A stretch of DNA of 64,000 bases from Asterias rubens (GCF_902459465.1 NC_047079.1:10292001-10356000), one strand, 5' to 3'; counted from the first letter of the stretch, positions 37,152-48,939 are shown. Translations and numbers: made by a program. The notes: generated by a model from the sequence alone, not told the origin.

Positions 37152-38002
37152 GTTTATAGATAATAGTCACGCATGCCTAATAAATACAAAGAAGGTTTGT
37201 TTACTCTTAGAAAAGACGCAAAAACAACTGCACAGTTGACAGTGCTTGGTTTGTTTACTGCATAATACAGGCCAAAAACTGGTGTGTGGTACCCCGTGTT
37301 GCCCGAACCTTTCACTTGCGAAATCGATTCACAACTATGGGACCAGTCTGTCAAAGCATAAAGAGCGCCACCTGTTAAATTCAATTTTTTTTTTGCTAGG
37401 GTGTGGGCGTGGTAAGGGATGGGGAGGTCTCCAAAAGTTTGCTGCCCCTTTAAATCGTATTCAAAGAACTAAATTAGTATTTGTTCCTCTATCATTTGGT
37501 CAAGCTTAACCACTTTATTTGTTTATTAGTAATTGCATTGACTTTTATTTATTTACTTTATTTGTTTAATTTGTCATTTTCTAGAAGGGGGGGGGGGGGT
37601 ATGTTACAAATCAACAAAATATATAATTACTTTCCCCCATCTAACCTTAGTCTATTACTTCACATAACCTGTTGATGCACGTATACTCACAAGTTGAACT
37701 TTTAAATGAAACTACCACAGGTTCAAAAATCTTAGTCAATTCATACATTCTTACTTTCCAAGATCACTCCTGCCCCAACATCAGCCCAAGTGGTAAATAC
37801 AACTTTTTTTAACTGGATCTACTAATATAGATAAATCTCTAGGGAGACCACCAACACATGCTAGATAGCCTAGTGTGTACACCACCAGCACATCAATATG
37901 GAGGTTGCAGGTTCAAGTCCATCTAGAACCAATTTTTCATTGTTCAACCCCAATATTACCCAGTCAATTTCCCTTATGGGTTATCATTTGATTTACCTTT
38001 AA

Positions 38003-38358
38003 AGGAACACGTTGCCAAGGACCGGTCAAGATGGTCTTTGAAAAGTGTTTGCAACCGTTTGTTATAAAATGCATATGGGTAGAAAGATGTTGTAAAAGTA
38101 GAATACAATGATCCACACAAACTGCCTCAAAATTGCACGGTTTTCCTTTTACCTCATCGACTAACACGGCGGCCATTTATGGGAGTCGAATTTTGACTCC
38201 CATAAATGGCCGACCGTGTTAGTTTACAAAGTAAAAGGAAAACCACGCAATGTCGAGGCAAATTTGTGTGGATCATTGTATTCTAGTTTTAAAACATCTT
38301 TCTAACCATATGCATTTTATAAAAAACCAACTCGTCCAATCCAAGGCAGCGTGTCCCT
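38003..38358. mobile_element. Kolobok-type MITE (AGGAACACGTTGCC termini) with internal palindrome
   Basis: TTAA|AGGAACACGTTGCC...GGCAGCGTGTCCCT|TTAA; 18-bp internal inverted arms CGGCCATTTATGGGAGTC near 38170-38212. Confidence 0.82.
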
Positions 38359-39153
38359 TTAATCATTTCAATTGGTGACTTTTGGGAACACAAGGTGGCA
38401 GCAGACTTACCAGGTAAATCCGTTTTTCTCAGGAATATGCGCATGCTTAGAACTATACAAACAATAGACTTGGTAAGTCTGCTGCCACCTAGCAATCCAA
38501 AGTCTCGGACCAAACTTCAGAACCCAACAAGCAGAAAAGGAGACCATACAAATTATTATTTTTTATTTTGTGAAACTTTTATTTAAAGAGGTATTTTTTT
38601 ACATTATCACAAAAACACCTATGTACAACTCACAATTCCGTCTTTGTTGAAAGGTGTAGACATATGTATGTATTTCTGTCAAGAATTGTTTGTTTTGTCT
38701 CATTGATAAAGAAAGCTACACAAATTCCCAAGTTGTTGAAATAAAAATCTCTCTCATATTTAAGGACTCTATCGGTTAGAAAATGAGTGCATCATGAAAC
38801 CTTGGAGCCCCTCTTTAATAATATTTTCACTATAACAAACGGTTTCATGGACAAACTCGACCCATCCAAGGCAACATGTCCCTTTAAATTGGATTCGAAA
38901 CCAGGGACCAAAGAGGTGACACCAATCACAAAGTGTCATGTGGCAAGGCAGTTTGGCTGGTAAACTCATTCTGGTAATCATAACATTGCTGTGCTTAGCT
39001 ACTTTGTGTGCTTAAGCAGCTTAAGTAGTTAAGAACAACAAAATTGTGCTTACCACTAGCCAAACTACCATGTCTGTGTGTCCTATTTGTTAAGCAGTAT
39101 TTTCTGTTTAAGCAGCTCTATGAGACTGTGCCCTATATACAGCAAGGCAATAG

Positions 39154-41914
39154 TTAATGCTGAATCGAATCCACAGAAGGTTTTCTTGATTTCTGGAAGA
39201 AAATGAAAAAGAGAGAAGGGGGAAAATAAATAAATGACACAAGAAAAAAATACTGAACTTAAAGCCATTGGACCCTTTCGGAACAGAAAAAATAATAAAA
39301 GTTCACATGATTTACAAATAACTTACAGGGTTTACAGAAGGTAATGGTGAAAGACTTCCCTTGAAATATTATTCCATGAAATGCTTCACTTTTTGAGAAA
39401 ACATTAAAACAATATCAATTCTCGACATCGAGATTTATTTTAAACACATGTCATGACACGGCGAAACGTGCGTAAACAAGGGTGGGTTTTCCCGCTAGTT
39501 TCTCCCAACTCCGATGACTGATTGAGACTAAATTTTCACAGGTTTGTTATTTTATATATAAGTTGTGAGTGATACACGAAGTGTGGGCCTTGAACAATAC
39601 TGTTTACCAAAAGTGTCTAATGGCTTTAAATTAGCGTCCAACTATTTATCTATGATGTCACTTTGTTTATATTGACTTTGAAAAGTTTTTCGCGCTTAAA
39701 ACAAAATAAATAAACGTGCCACTTTAAAGCTTGGCACCCCTGAACAAAGATATTGACAAAGTAAGGAAACCGCCAGCATGAGCTAGTTAGCTCAGTTGGA
39801 AGAGTGCCGGCACGTTAATCTGGAGGTTTATGTTTCAAGACCCACTCTCGTAAATTGTTCTTTGTTCAACCCCCAAAAACCTTTAAACTTACAGTACACT
39901 GTGGGCAGAACATTTCCTTGTCCTCCAGCAAGACCGGCGTGACAAGCTCCGGAGGAAGACAGTTGACGTGAAACCACTGCTGGCATTCACCGTCACACCC
40001 AATCCACTCTTCTTCATCTCCACCAAACTTCTCGCTGCAGACTGGACAGATCGTCTTATCGTCACTAGCGGCGGCCTCAAGGCTCGGTTCCTCCGCGTCC
40101 TGAGTGGTCAACTTTTCCTGGTCTGTGGTTGTCACAACGACTTCTACAGACGTCATGGGAACGTTGGGGTCATTCTTGAAGGCTTCGAGGTAGAGTTTCC
40201 TCCAGACTGGAAAGAGGGGTGAGTCTGCGATGTCGAGATTATTCTCGATGCATGTGCGATAGAGTTCTCGTTTCGATTTATCTAATGTATCGTCGAGTTT
40301 CTGGAAGAGGAGCAACGCAGCGATTGGTTGATCACTCTCGGGAATGTCCACCTCAGACTCAGAGTCATCATTTAAAGCTTGGTCGTTGTCAAAGTCGACT
40401 TGGGACTGGTCGACGGTGGAGAGGAATTTCAGTGTCCCGGATGGGAGATGTTCATCGTCAACCATTTCACGATCTAAGGGATACACACCCGCCTGTAAGA
40501 AACAGCCTCGGATGAGTTCTCCTTGCTCCGCTTCCTGCCAAGCATCCCCGACCACACTTCCAACATTCCTGACGTTCACAGACACATGTCTGTTGCTCTT
40601 CACCCATTTCATTAGCCAGTTAGATTTGAAAGGTCCGTCTTCCCCTATATTGACCGGTTGGACAAGAGCGGCAGCTTTAGGCGGGACTCTGAAGAAGTGA
40701 ATGTTGTGTTCCGAGGCGATGGCATAGGCCCCGTAGGTGATGTCGCTCTCGTTTAAATCAACAAGCAAAACAACTGGAACATTCTCTTCCACCTTGTGAA
40801 CAAAGAAGTTGTTGATCCAGTACCCAAAGATGTCTCGGTTGGGATGGGATCTTTCTAGGAGTAATTCTTCTGCACCTTTTGGAGCACCGTTAAGGAAATC
40901 AAACTCCTTGTGAGAATTCTTCAAACCTTTGCAGATGATGAACGGCGGGAGGAGGTCGCCTCCTGCATTTGCGCAGATGCAAATTTTGATTTCTCTACGG
41001 TGATGCTCATCATCTTGAGCTTTTCCTTTCGGCTTTAAGACATTCATGACGATTCTCTCTGTCCTCTTGTTCATCTCAAATCCAGTTTCTCCGTAACTCC
41101 AGATTTGCCGGGGTTTATCAGCAACACACAAATCCGTTAGAAAACACTGAAGCTCATTAAACCATTCATCAAGCACAGAATTTGTCAGCTCTGCTCGACA
41201 AATCGATGTCATCTTGGACATTTTCAGTCCCTTCATAAGTTTGGGATGGCGTCGAACGAACTTATGATACCAAGTATGGGACGGTCTGTCGTTTGTAAAT
41301 GGGTTACCGTCTTTCTTGAAGAATGTCTTAACGGCATCACACACCATTCCAGGTGCAACTGGGAAGCCTCTTTTCCCCATCGTTACCACCCAATTGACCA
41401 GGTCCTCCTCATCTTGTTCAAGTAAAACTTTGCGGGGTCCGCGCTTGGCATCAAGGGGTACCTCCCCGTTGTGACGTCGATAAAGTTTTGCTGCGTGAAC
41501 TCTCCAATATGCCGCTGCTTTCGAGACAAACTTAAACTTCCCTAGGGCGAGGTCTTTCATTGCGCCTTTGATTCGGTCATTCTCAGTCATTTTTGCAATG
41601 GCCGGGGAGGACGTTGGATGATCAAGTCCGACTCGTTTATAATCCGTGCTTTTGTACTTCTTACGCTTCTGACCTCTCCCCTTCTTATGAATGACTTCCT
41701 TAGATATCTTGATCTTGATTTGTTGATCTGCCTCTCGTTTAAACCTTCTGCCTTCATTAGTTGCTGCTTTACTTGATGTTGTTGTTGACTTGGTCTTTCT
41801 TTTATCACGTGCTTTGACGACTCTACCCTTCTGGGTGGGTTGCTTTTGCTTCGTTTTCAGACGTGAAGACTTGAGACTGGCTTTTCTTTGATTACTTTGT
41901 GCTTTTCTTGCCAT
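39154..41914 (-). CDS. Domesticated pogo/Fot-like transposase-derived protein B (basic N-terminus, psq-like HTH, CENP-B/Tc5 HTH, degenerate DDE_1, PHD), about 686 aa
   Basis: Coding exons 39893-41914 (acceptor before 41920; donor ACT|gtaagt) and 39154-39192 (long pyrimidine tract then AAATCAAGA, KSRKPSVDSIQH*). Likely non-coding exon ending at 42646 (AG|gtacg). Collinear with protein A from the HTH through the PHD. Confidence 0.88.
39263..39625. mobile_element. Kolobok-type MITE, AGCCATTGGAC family, in the last intron of gene B
   Basis: TTAA|AGCCATTGGAC...GTCTAATGGCT|TTAA; inverted second copy at 48940-49300. Confidence 0.85.
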
Positions 41915-43033
41915 CTTGATCTGAAAATTGGATTGAGATTTTTGTAAGATTTAATTTACATGTATTTAGACTAATTTGAATATTTACAGTAATTATGATT
42001 ACGCCCCAGCAGTCACCGACAGTGACACTGCACACTGGGTCTGTGTCTAGTTAATTAACTCATGTTTTATGTGCGGACGATAGGGCCTATGCTAACGCTA
42101 TGCACAGAATTAATTTGACATTCACTGTTCCATTCAGGCTACAGAATGACAGAGCAATGTGTACATAATTTATTGTCAGTTTGCTGTGTGTGATTTACAC
42201 GGATAACTTTCCGTATGTGCCACCACTTTTTCACTCATTTAAAAAAAATCGAAAAAGGGATATCTCTTTTCTCATCAAGATTCAAACAAACTACAAAAAA
42301 GGAAGGTTAAATTAGATTCAATCAGATACTATTTATAAATATATAAATATTTCATTCATATTGAATGAAAAAGTGGTGGCGCCATACGGAAACTTTTCAA
42401 ATTGCACTGCTATCTAGCCCAGTGCACGGTGGCACTGACTGACGGCCTACCACTACAAGCAGAACAGAGGGCTACACAGTCAACAGTCATGACAGTACAT
42501 TGCTCATTCCATTGCCGACCTATCTAACTAAAACTCAACATGCTTCACCAGTTTCGTGAAAAAAATACAGCCCCCAAAAAAGAATGGGACAGTAACAAAT
42601 ACCATGCAATTACACTAATAATTCATAACGAAATAAGAAACGTACCTCTTGATAACAGATTATCGTCAAAACATTTTACAATTCATCGTCGAAACGTTTC
42701 TTTCAACTAAAAATACGGACGTAGTACTAGTAGATCGACGACGAACTTCGACTGCCGTGAATATTTTTACCTCAGCTCGGCACTGAACACCGCCCTCTCG
42801 CGTCTGGCATTATTATTTTTCTTTTCTAATACCGTACCAAAGATTGAAGTGACACCACAGCCAGCAAGTCGATAAAAGAAGGGCAATTAAACCCGGGGAG
42901 GAAGTTCTGGTGTTTTCTTTTCTGACTCCCACAAACAAAAACCTACATGCATAGATGATGTTGGGGGGGGGGGGGGCTTCTCCTCCCCTAGTAAAACCCA
43001 ACCTTTGCGCGCCACTCTTGCCTCTAAGTCGGA

Positions 43034-43623
43034 GTCGAAGCATGGCTTTTCGAGGTCTCAACGAGGTTACAAAACGATGCCGGTGTCAGATGCAATTGTG
43101 TCCGCCATGCAATAATGTCCACTCCGGACACTTTTGCATGTGCAATCGTGTCCGGGGCTATGCAAAAACCGTCCGGCGGACATGTACACGTATGTGCGCG
43201 CGTAAGCGAGCGTGCATGCACTAAAGTGACGACGTATAATTTATATGCAGCATGAATATTCATCAGGTATTTTATGATTGCAGCGAATACCCAACGGCCG
43301 AACATTTCCCATGTCATTCACGACATGCACTTAGCTTGTAAAAAATGGCGAACGTGTTCCGTCGACCAAGGGCGTTTAATTTACTGCGAGGACGGAGGCG
43401 CGGACACATTACTGCATATGCAAATGTGTCTGGGCGGACACAATTGCACTATGCAGTAGCGTCCGGGCAGACACGATTGCATAATTATGCAAAACCGTCC
43501 GGCGGACATTATTGCATACGCAATAATGTCCTCCGCATAGTATTGCATAGAGGACATAATTGCATGCGACACCGGGTCAGATCATCGTTTTGTAACCTCG
43601 TTGATACTTCGAAATGCTTCGAC
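43034..43623. mobile_element. MITE with internal arrays of GTCCG/CGGAC-TGCA units; partial copies 45579-45922 (+) and 51220-51704 (-)
   Basis: 21-bp perfect TIR CAACGAGGTTACAAAACGATG at 43059-43079 / 43583-43603; internal subterminal repeats; high identity among the three copies. Confidence 0.85.
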
Positions 43624-44991
43624 CCCGCGGTATTAGGTACTGTTTTGTGCCGTGCGGTATAGCATCTATGCATTTCGTGAAGTCAGAGCGGGCCGGTGCT
43701 TGCATAAAGAGCCTTATATGACAAGGCTACATTTTCTCCAAATCAGACACATTTTAGTTGCAATTATTTACAGCTGAAACATAGCAACATTTATTTACAC
43801 TTTGACAATAATATTGACGAAATTAAATACTTCTTCTTAAATAAACGAGTATTCCAACTTGCCATTTCCCTTTCCAATAAAACGCATACCTACTCACTAA
43901 AATTGAATTAAAATAATATTATTGAAATAATTATTATTGTACGTGGGTTGTTTTTGTGTGTATTTTTTTGATTTACCGCAGTTTGCTAATTAGATTTAAA
44001 ATACTCCCCTCCTTTACCGTTGAATTGCCCCCGCCGCAAAAAAAAAGGTTCAAGGAAACCGAAAAATACACACAACAACCCAAGAAACATTGCGTTTGGA
44101 TGAGCATTCCCGTTGAATATGAAACAGGGACAATGTTTACTATGTCACATGAGCATAGCACAGAATACTTATTGATCCCAATTCACCAAGACGAGGTAAA
44201 GTAGACCTCTTATAATAACAGCCAAAGAAAGTTGTCTATACAATGTTTCGCTCAATGCTAAGCCAGACAGAGTCGTGCGAAGATACAATGATTCGGCCAT
44301 CTGCCCGAAGGCAGAGACTGTTATTTTTAATCATGGTCAAAAAGATGGTAACCATAGTGTTGTCTTGCCCTTCGCTGAATTCTGATGCAGGAATAAAATG
44401 TGTTTACTTTGTGCTTTCTAAGCTACTATTTTGTGAACGACGAGTAATATTGTCAACCATGAAATAAACTACAAAGCATGCACATAGACGTCAGTGATAT
44501 TTGCCTGCAAAATAATAGTATAATCCCTTTTGAAAACCGACCTTTGGTATTTTGAAATAATAGCGCAATTTTTGTTTCATGTTTTTGTATCTTCTTGATG
44601 AAAGCAAGAATTGGGTCACCAGTTCCCTTCTGAGATATAGGGCAAGGCCTATAACATTTGTGTATACTTAAAATGGGAGGGTGGGGCAGTAAGACCAAGT
44701 AATGTCCCCACCCTGGGGGAAATGCTGTCGAAATGCTTGTAAAGAAAAACATTTGACCCACATTTTCCCCACAAAACATGGCAGCAGTCTAGAGTTTATC
44801 AATAATATTGTAAACCGACTGAGAGAATGGGTGCGTTCGATTAGCTTCCCCGGGCCGACCCCCCGATCTGCCCCCGGTACGTTCGATAAGGATAGGGGCG
44901 ATCAGAGTCCTGTCCCCTGAATATTCACTACAGAGATCGAAACAAAAATGCACACACTAAAACGATGAGTATACATTAAATAGTCCCGTTG

Positions 44992-45477
44992 TGGCGGTTT
45001 CAGTCTTCCGCCGTGTTCAGTTTTCCGGGTGACGTAGCCGGACATTTCACCACGTTGTTGGAACGGTTTAAGCTTTCCGGCGTGTTCAGTTTTCCGGGTG
45101 ACGTAGCCAGACAAAAATACAGCCGCGAGTACCCTGGCGAGTACTGTAGTTCTCTCAGTGACCCCAAATTGTTTATTATTACGATTCTTTTCTGTTAAGT
45201 CACATTCTCTTGCCCCATCTTTACACGTATTCATGCGTACAACTGTAAGCAGGTCACACTGCTTGTGCCACACCAAATTCTCTCATACGATCCACGCGTT
45301 CGCCGCTCGTTGTACTCGTGGACGCCGCCATGACAGCTACCGGAGAGTAACACGGATGACTCAATACAGCACTAAAAATTGACTACTTTTGCTTGCTGTG
45401 CGCAGGCATCGCATGACGTAATGTTACCGTATTTGGTCATTCGGAAAACTGAACACGGCGGAAAGTTGAAACCGCCA
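44992..45477. mobile_element. MITE with TGGCGGTTTCA..CCGCCGTGTTCAGTTTTCCG termini
   Basis: About 36-bp inverted ends plus an internal direct repeat of the left arm near 45075-45112. Confidence 0.75.
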
Positions 45478-46041
45478 TACCGTGTCTTTGCTCCACCTGC
45501 CACCATCTAGAAAAGAGTGCTTAAACAACGGGTTCTTAACTCAAATAACAAAGTTCAGTGGATTTGTTATGGGCCCTTGTCAGATGCAATTGTGTCCGCC
45601 ATGCATAACTGTCCGCTCTGGACACTTTTGCATATGCAATTGTGTCCGGGGCTATGCAAAAACCGTCCGGCGGACATGTATGTGCGAGCGTAAGTGAGCG
45701 TGCCAGCACTGAACCTGATGCAGCATGAATATTCACGTATTTTATGATTGCAGCGAACACCCAACGGCCGAACATTTCCCATGTCAATTATGACATGCAC
45801 TTAGCTTGTAAACAAAATGGCGAACGTGTTCCGTCGACCAAGGGCGTTTAATTTACTGCAAAGACGGTTTTGCACGGGGGCGGACACAACTGCATATGCA
45901 AATGTGTCCGGGCGGACACAATCGAAAAGGGCCTCAGATTCCGGGTCTACTGATCTAGAAATGGATCAAACTCGGATCCGGGTCAAGTTCTGATCTGCAA
46001 ATAATGTTTAAAGTGCAGTGTGGTTTCACTGTTAATAATCA

Positions 46042-47109
46042 CTATGCGTTATTTGTAAACGCAACCGGACCGGTGTATCTAGCTTCAGCCACTGACATTG
46101 CCATCGTCCCTTCTTCGGCAGAGTTAGACCTAACGTTCAGTCGGATAAAAGGTATGAGTTGGGCCACTGCCGCCCTGAAGTTTTTGTTCAGCCAGACATA
46201 AATAATGGGATTTGCACAAGAGTTGATAAACGCCAAGATTGTAAATGCTCGGTAGATGGTGCTCCGGAAATAGTCTGGTGACAGTACGCCGAAGTTAAAC
46301 AATAAGAACCCCATTTGGTCTGGTAGCCAGCAAATGATGAAGGTGAGGACCACGATGAGGACCATCTTAATCACTCTACGTCGACATCTGAGTAAGGAAA
46401 ACGCTGGTGAAGATGTGGATTCGTTCCGCTTCAGAAGGGACCTCGCTTGCATCTGAAGTTCTCTTATGGCGCGAAAGTGAGACACCACCATCAGAGTAAC
46501 GGGAATGACAAACTCTACAGTGAATATCATACAACCGTGGGCCATTTGGAAAGCACTGCTCGGCCATGTCAGTTCGCAGTTGTTACCCTCGCTAACTCTG
46601 GTGACGAAAAAACTTCCACTGTTCATAACAATTGCAGCGGTCCAAATTGCTGCAATAAAACACTTGATGCGGTTCTTGCTGAATATGAGCTTGTGCTTTA
46701 GAGGGTGTACCACAGCGAAATAGCGTTCAAGAGACAGCAAAGTCAGGATGAAGATTGAAGCCACGATTGACATCCACATTATGACGGCAGAATATGTAAA
46801 GATACAGTAGACTCTACCCACTGCTGAGTTGGGTACGTAGGTTAGAGACGGTAGGGGGATTATAGCTACAGATGTAATGAGATCAGCAACGGCTAACATC
46901 ACGATGAGTTTGTTGGAGTTGCTTCGATTACGGAGTTTCTTAACATACACAACGATGACTAGAATGTTACCAAAGATACCGAAGAGTGCCAGGATGAGCT
47001 GCACAATGAAGAACCAATCCCAAGTTATAGAAGCGACACCGTAGATATCCCTTGTGGTAGAAGTAGGATCCCAATCGGTGGCATTCAAAACGAAATCCAT
47101 ACTTGTCAT
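46042..47109 (-). CDS. Class A (rhodopsin-like) GPCR, galanin/allatostatin-A/somatostatin receptor-like, paralog 1, 355 aa, single coding exon
   Basis: 7 TM segments; GNILV (TM1), LAVADL (TM2), SLERY (TM3), CWLP (TM6), NPIIY (TM7); N-glycosylation NAT. The ORF-track start at 47124 is TTG; first ATG is 47109. Confidence 0.93.
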   Translation of the reverse strand: MTSMDFVLNATDWDPTSTTRDIYGVASITWDWFFIVQLILALFGIFGNILVIVVYVKKLRNRSNSNKLIVMLAVADLITSVAIIPLPSLTYVPNSAVGRVYCIFTYSAVIMWMSIVASIFILTLLSLERYFAVVHPLKHKLIFSKNRIKCFIAAIWTAAIVMNSGSFFVTRVSEGNNCELTWPSSAFQMAHGCMIFTVEFVIPVTLMVVSHFRAIRELQMQARSLLKRNESTSSPAFSLLRCRRRVIKMVLIVVLTFIICWLPDQMGFLLFNFGVLSPDYFRSTIYRAFTILAFINSCANPIIYVWLNKNFRAAVAQLIPFIRLNVRSNSAEEGTMAMSVAEARYTGPVAFTNNA

Positions 47110-48939
47110 GTCTGCATCCCACAAATCAGTGCCGTAAATACCGCGAAGTGAACGGTAGGCTGATAAGATCCGATCGAACAGTCAAGTGATTCAAAGTCTA
47201 AATACTAAAAATTGATACTCTGTAGACCGCAGACGAAGTATGTAACACCACGTACAATAAACAAGCATGATCTGGTGACTGACTAGCATTGTCAATAAAT
47301 AGGTTGCTCTCAGCATTAATATTGGCGACTGCCTTTAAAAGCTCTGCCTTTGCTAAAAGCTCTGCCTTCGGGTACGAACTTTGTGAAAAATATTGTCTGA
47401 GACCCCAACAGTCGATATGCAATTATCCGATGCCTGGCTTACGGCCTATAGTCAAACACCCGAACAGAGTAAAACGAGACATCGAAGAGATAATCAAAGG
47501 ACGCAATTTCAATACTTCGGAGTGAAGGTTGGCGAGCCATGCTAAATATTGTTTGCGTTTACTCCCCGAAGTCTATCTCGACGAATCAGAAATCCTTTCT
47601 AGTATGTAAATGTAGAAGCCGATAGGCAAGATGGGTATAAGTCATGCAATGTTTACTTTGTGCTAGTTCTGCCTTGTGTATATACAGACAACGAAAGACT
47701 AAACTTATATAGCCTCGATCCATTTTATATTTCCCAAAATTAAAAGTAAACAATGAAGTAACGGATGAAAAAGTTGTACAATAGGCCAAAAATAACATTG
47801 TATAAAAATAATCGGGGTTTTTAACTTGCATTTTTTATTTATTATATGTAACGTTGGAAATAATGTAATTGATTGTTTTAGGGAAGTAATTATAGTGTAT
47901 GAAAACGTAAGTTTGCAGATTAATTTTGAAACATAATTATCTGTGTAAAATAGCATTTCATGAATTAAAGAAACCATTCTAGCATAAATTTGAACTTTTC
48001 TTAGCATCAGACCAGCCCACCATTAATATGACTTTCGTATCCAATCCAATAATACACACTTTAAACACAAAACAGCCACTCAAAATCAATCTAAAATAAC
48101 TTCTGATTTTGGAAACGAGATTATATTTAGTCAAGCCACCACCTGAGAGAAATTGAACGCGTCTTGCTAATTTAATTACTGCTCCAATATCGGAACTGTG
48201 CACTATGCGTTATTATTGATTTCACGAAACAATTGAACTTTTCAGCTGTATTGTAAGCGAACGGTATAAAGACTCGACCTACATTTGTTGTTTACCAGAG
48301 ACTGGAACTATAGACTCGAACGTATTATGTATAGAGCTAATGAAGTTACTCCACGTATGGTTGAATAATTTTCCGCATACACTCAAAAAATGAGCAAAAC
48401 TATTATTGTATTTGTCACCTAGGGGAAATTTATTCGATTGTGCACGCAGTTTGTGATATTTCTTATTTGATATATAAGAAGAGAGCACTCTCTTCTTATA
48501 TATCAAATAAGAAATATCACAAACTGCGTGTATCTGATGTAAACAGTTACGAACGAGATATTTGTGAGAAACATTGTAAGAAACGGCTCCCTCTGAAGTG
48601 ACGTAGTTTTCGAGAAAGAAGAAATTTTCCACGAATTTGATTTCGAGACCTCAGATTATAGAATTTGGGGTCTCGAAACAAGCATCTGAAAGCACACAAC
48701 TTGGTGTGACAAGGGCGTACTTTTTCTTCCATTATTATCTCGCAACTTCGATCACCAATTGAGCTCAAATTTTCACAGGTTTGTTATTTTATGCATATGT
48801 TGAGATACACCAAGTGAGAAAACTGGTGTTTGACAATTACCAATAGTGTCCATGTCTTTAACTAAAATTTACTACCTAGACGAAAGATATTGAAAATCGG
48901 CTGGGACTACTTCTTTAGCCTACATAGGATCGTTGTTAA

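Noticed and set aside
37144-39893. Read-through B-to-A bicistronic mRNA (B donor spliced to acceptor 37177, stop overlapping A's ATG as ATGTCTGA)
   Set aside because: Phase-compatible, but B has a much closer strong acceptor at 39192 and A has its own promoter-like region; no evidence without transcripts.
34199-41914. Two active autonomous pogo transposons
   Set aside because: Two of three catalytic Asp residues are lost in each, both have spliceosomal introns and extra exons, and no TIR/TA-TSD pairs were found around them.
43024-43662. Cluster of short Cys/His-rich ORFs (also 45482-45800 and 51121-51882)
   Set aside because: They are translations of a repeated MITE in several frames on both strands, with no splice or domain support.
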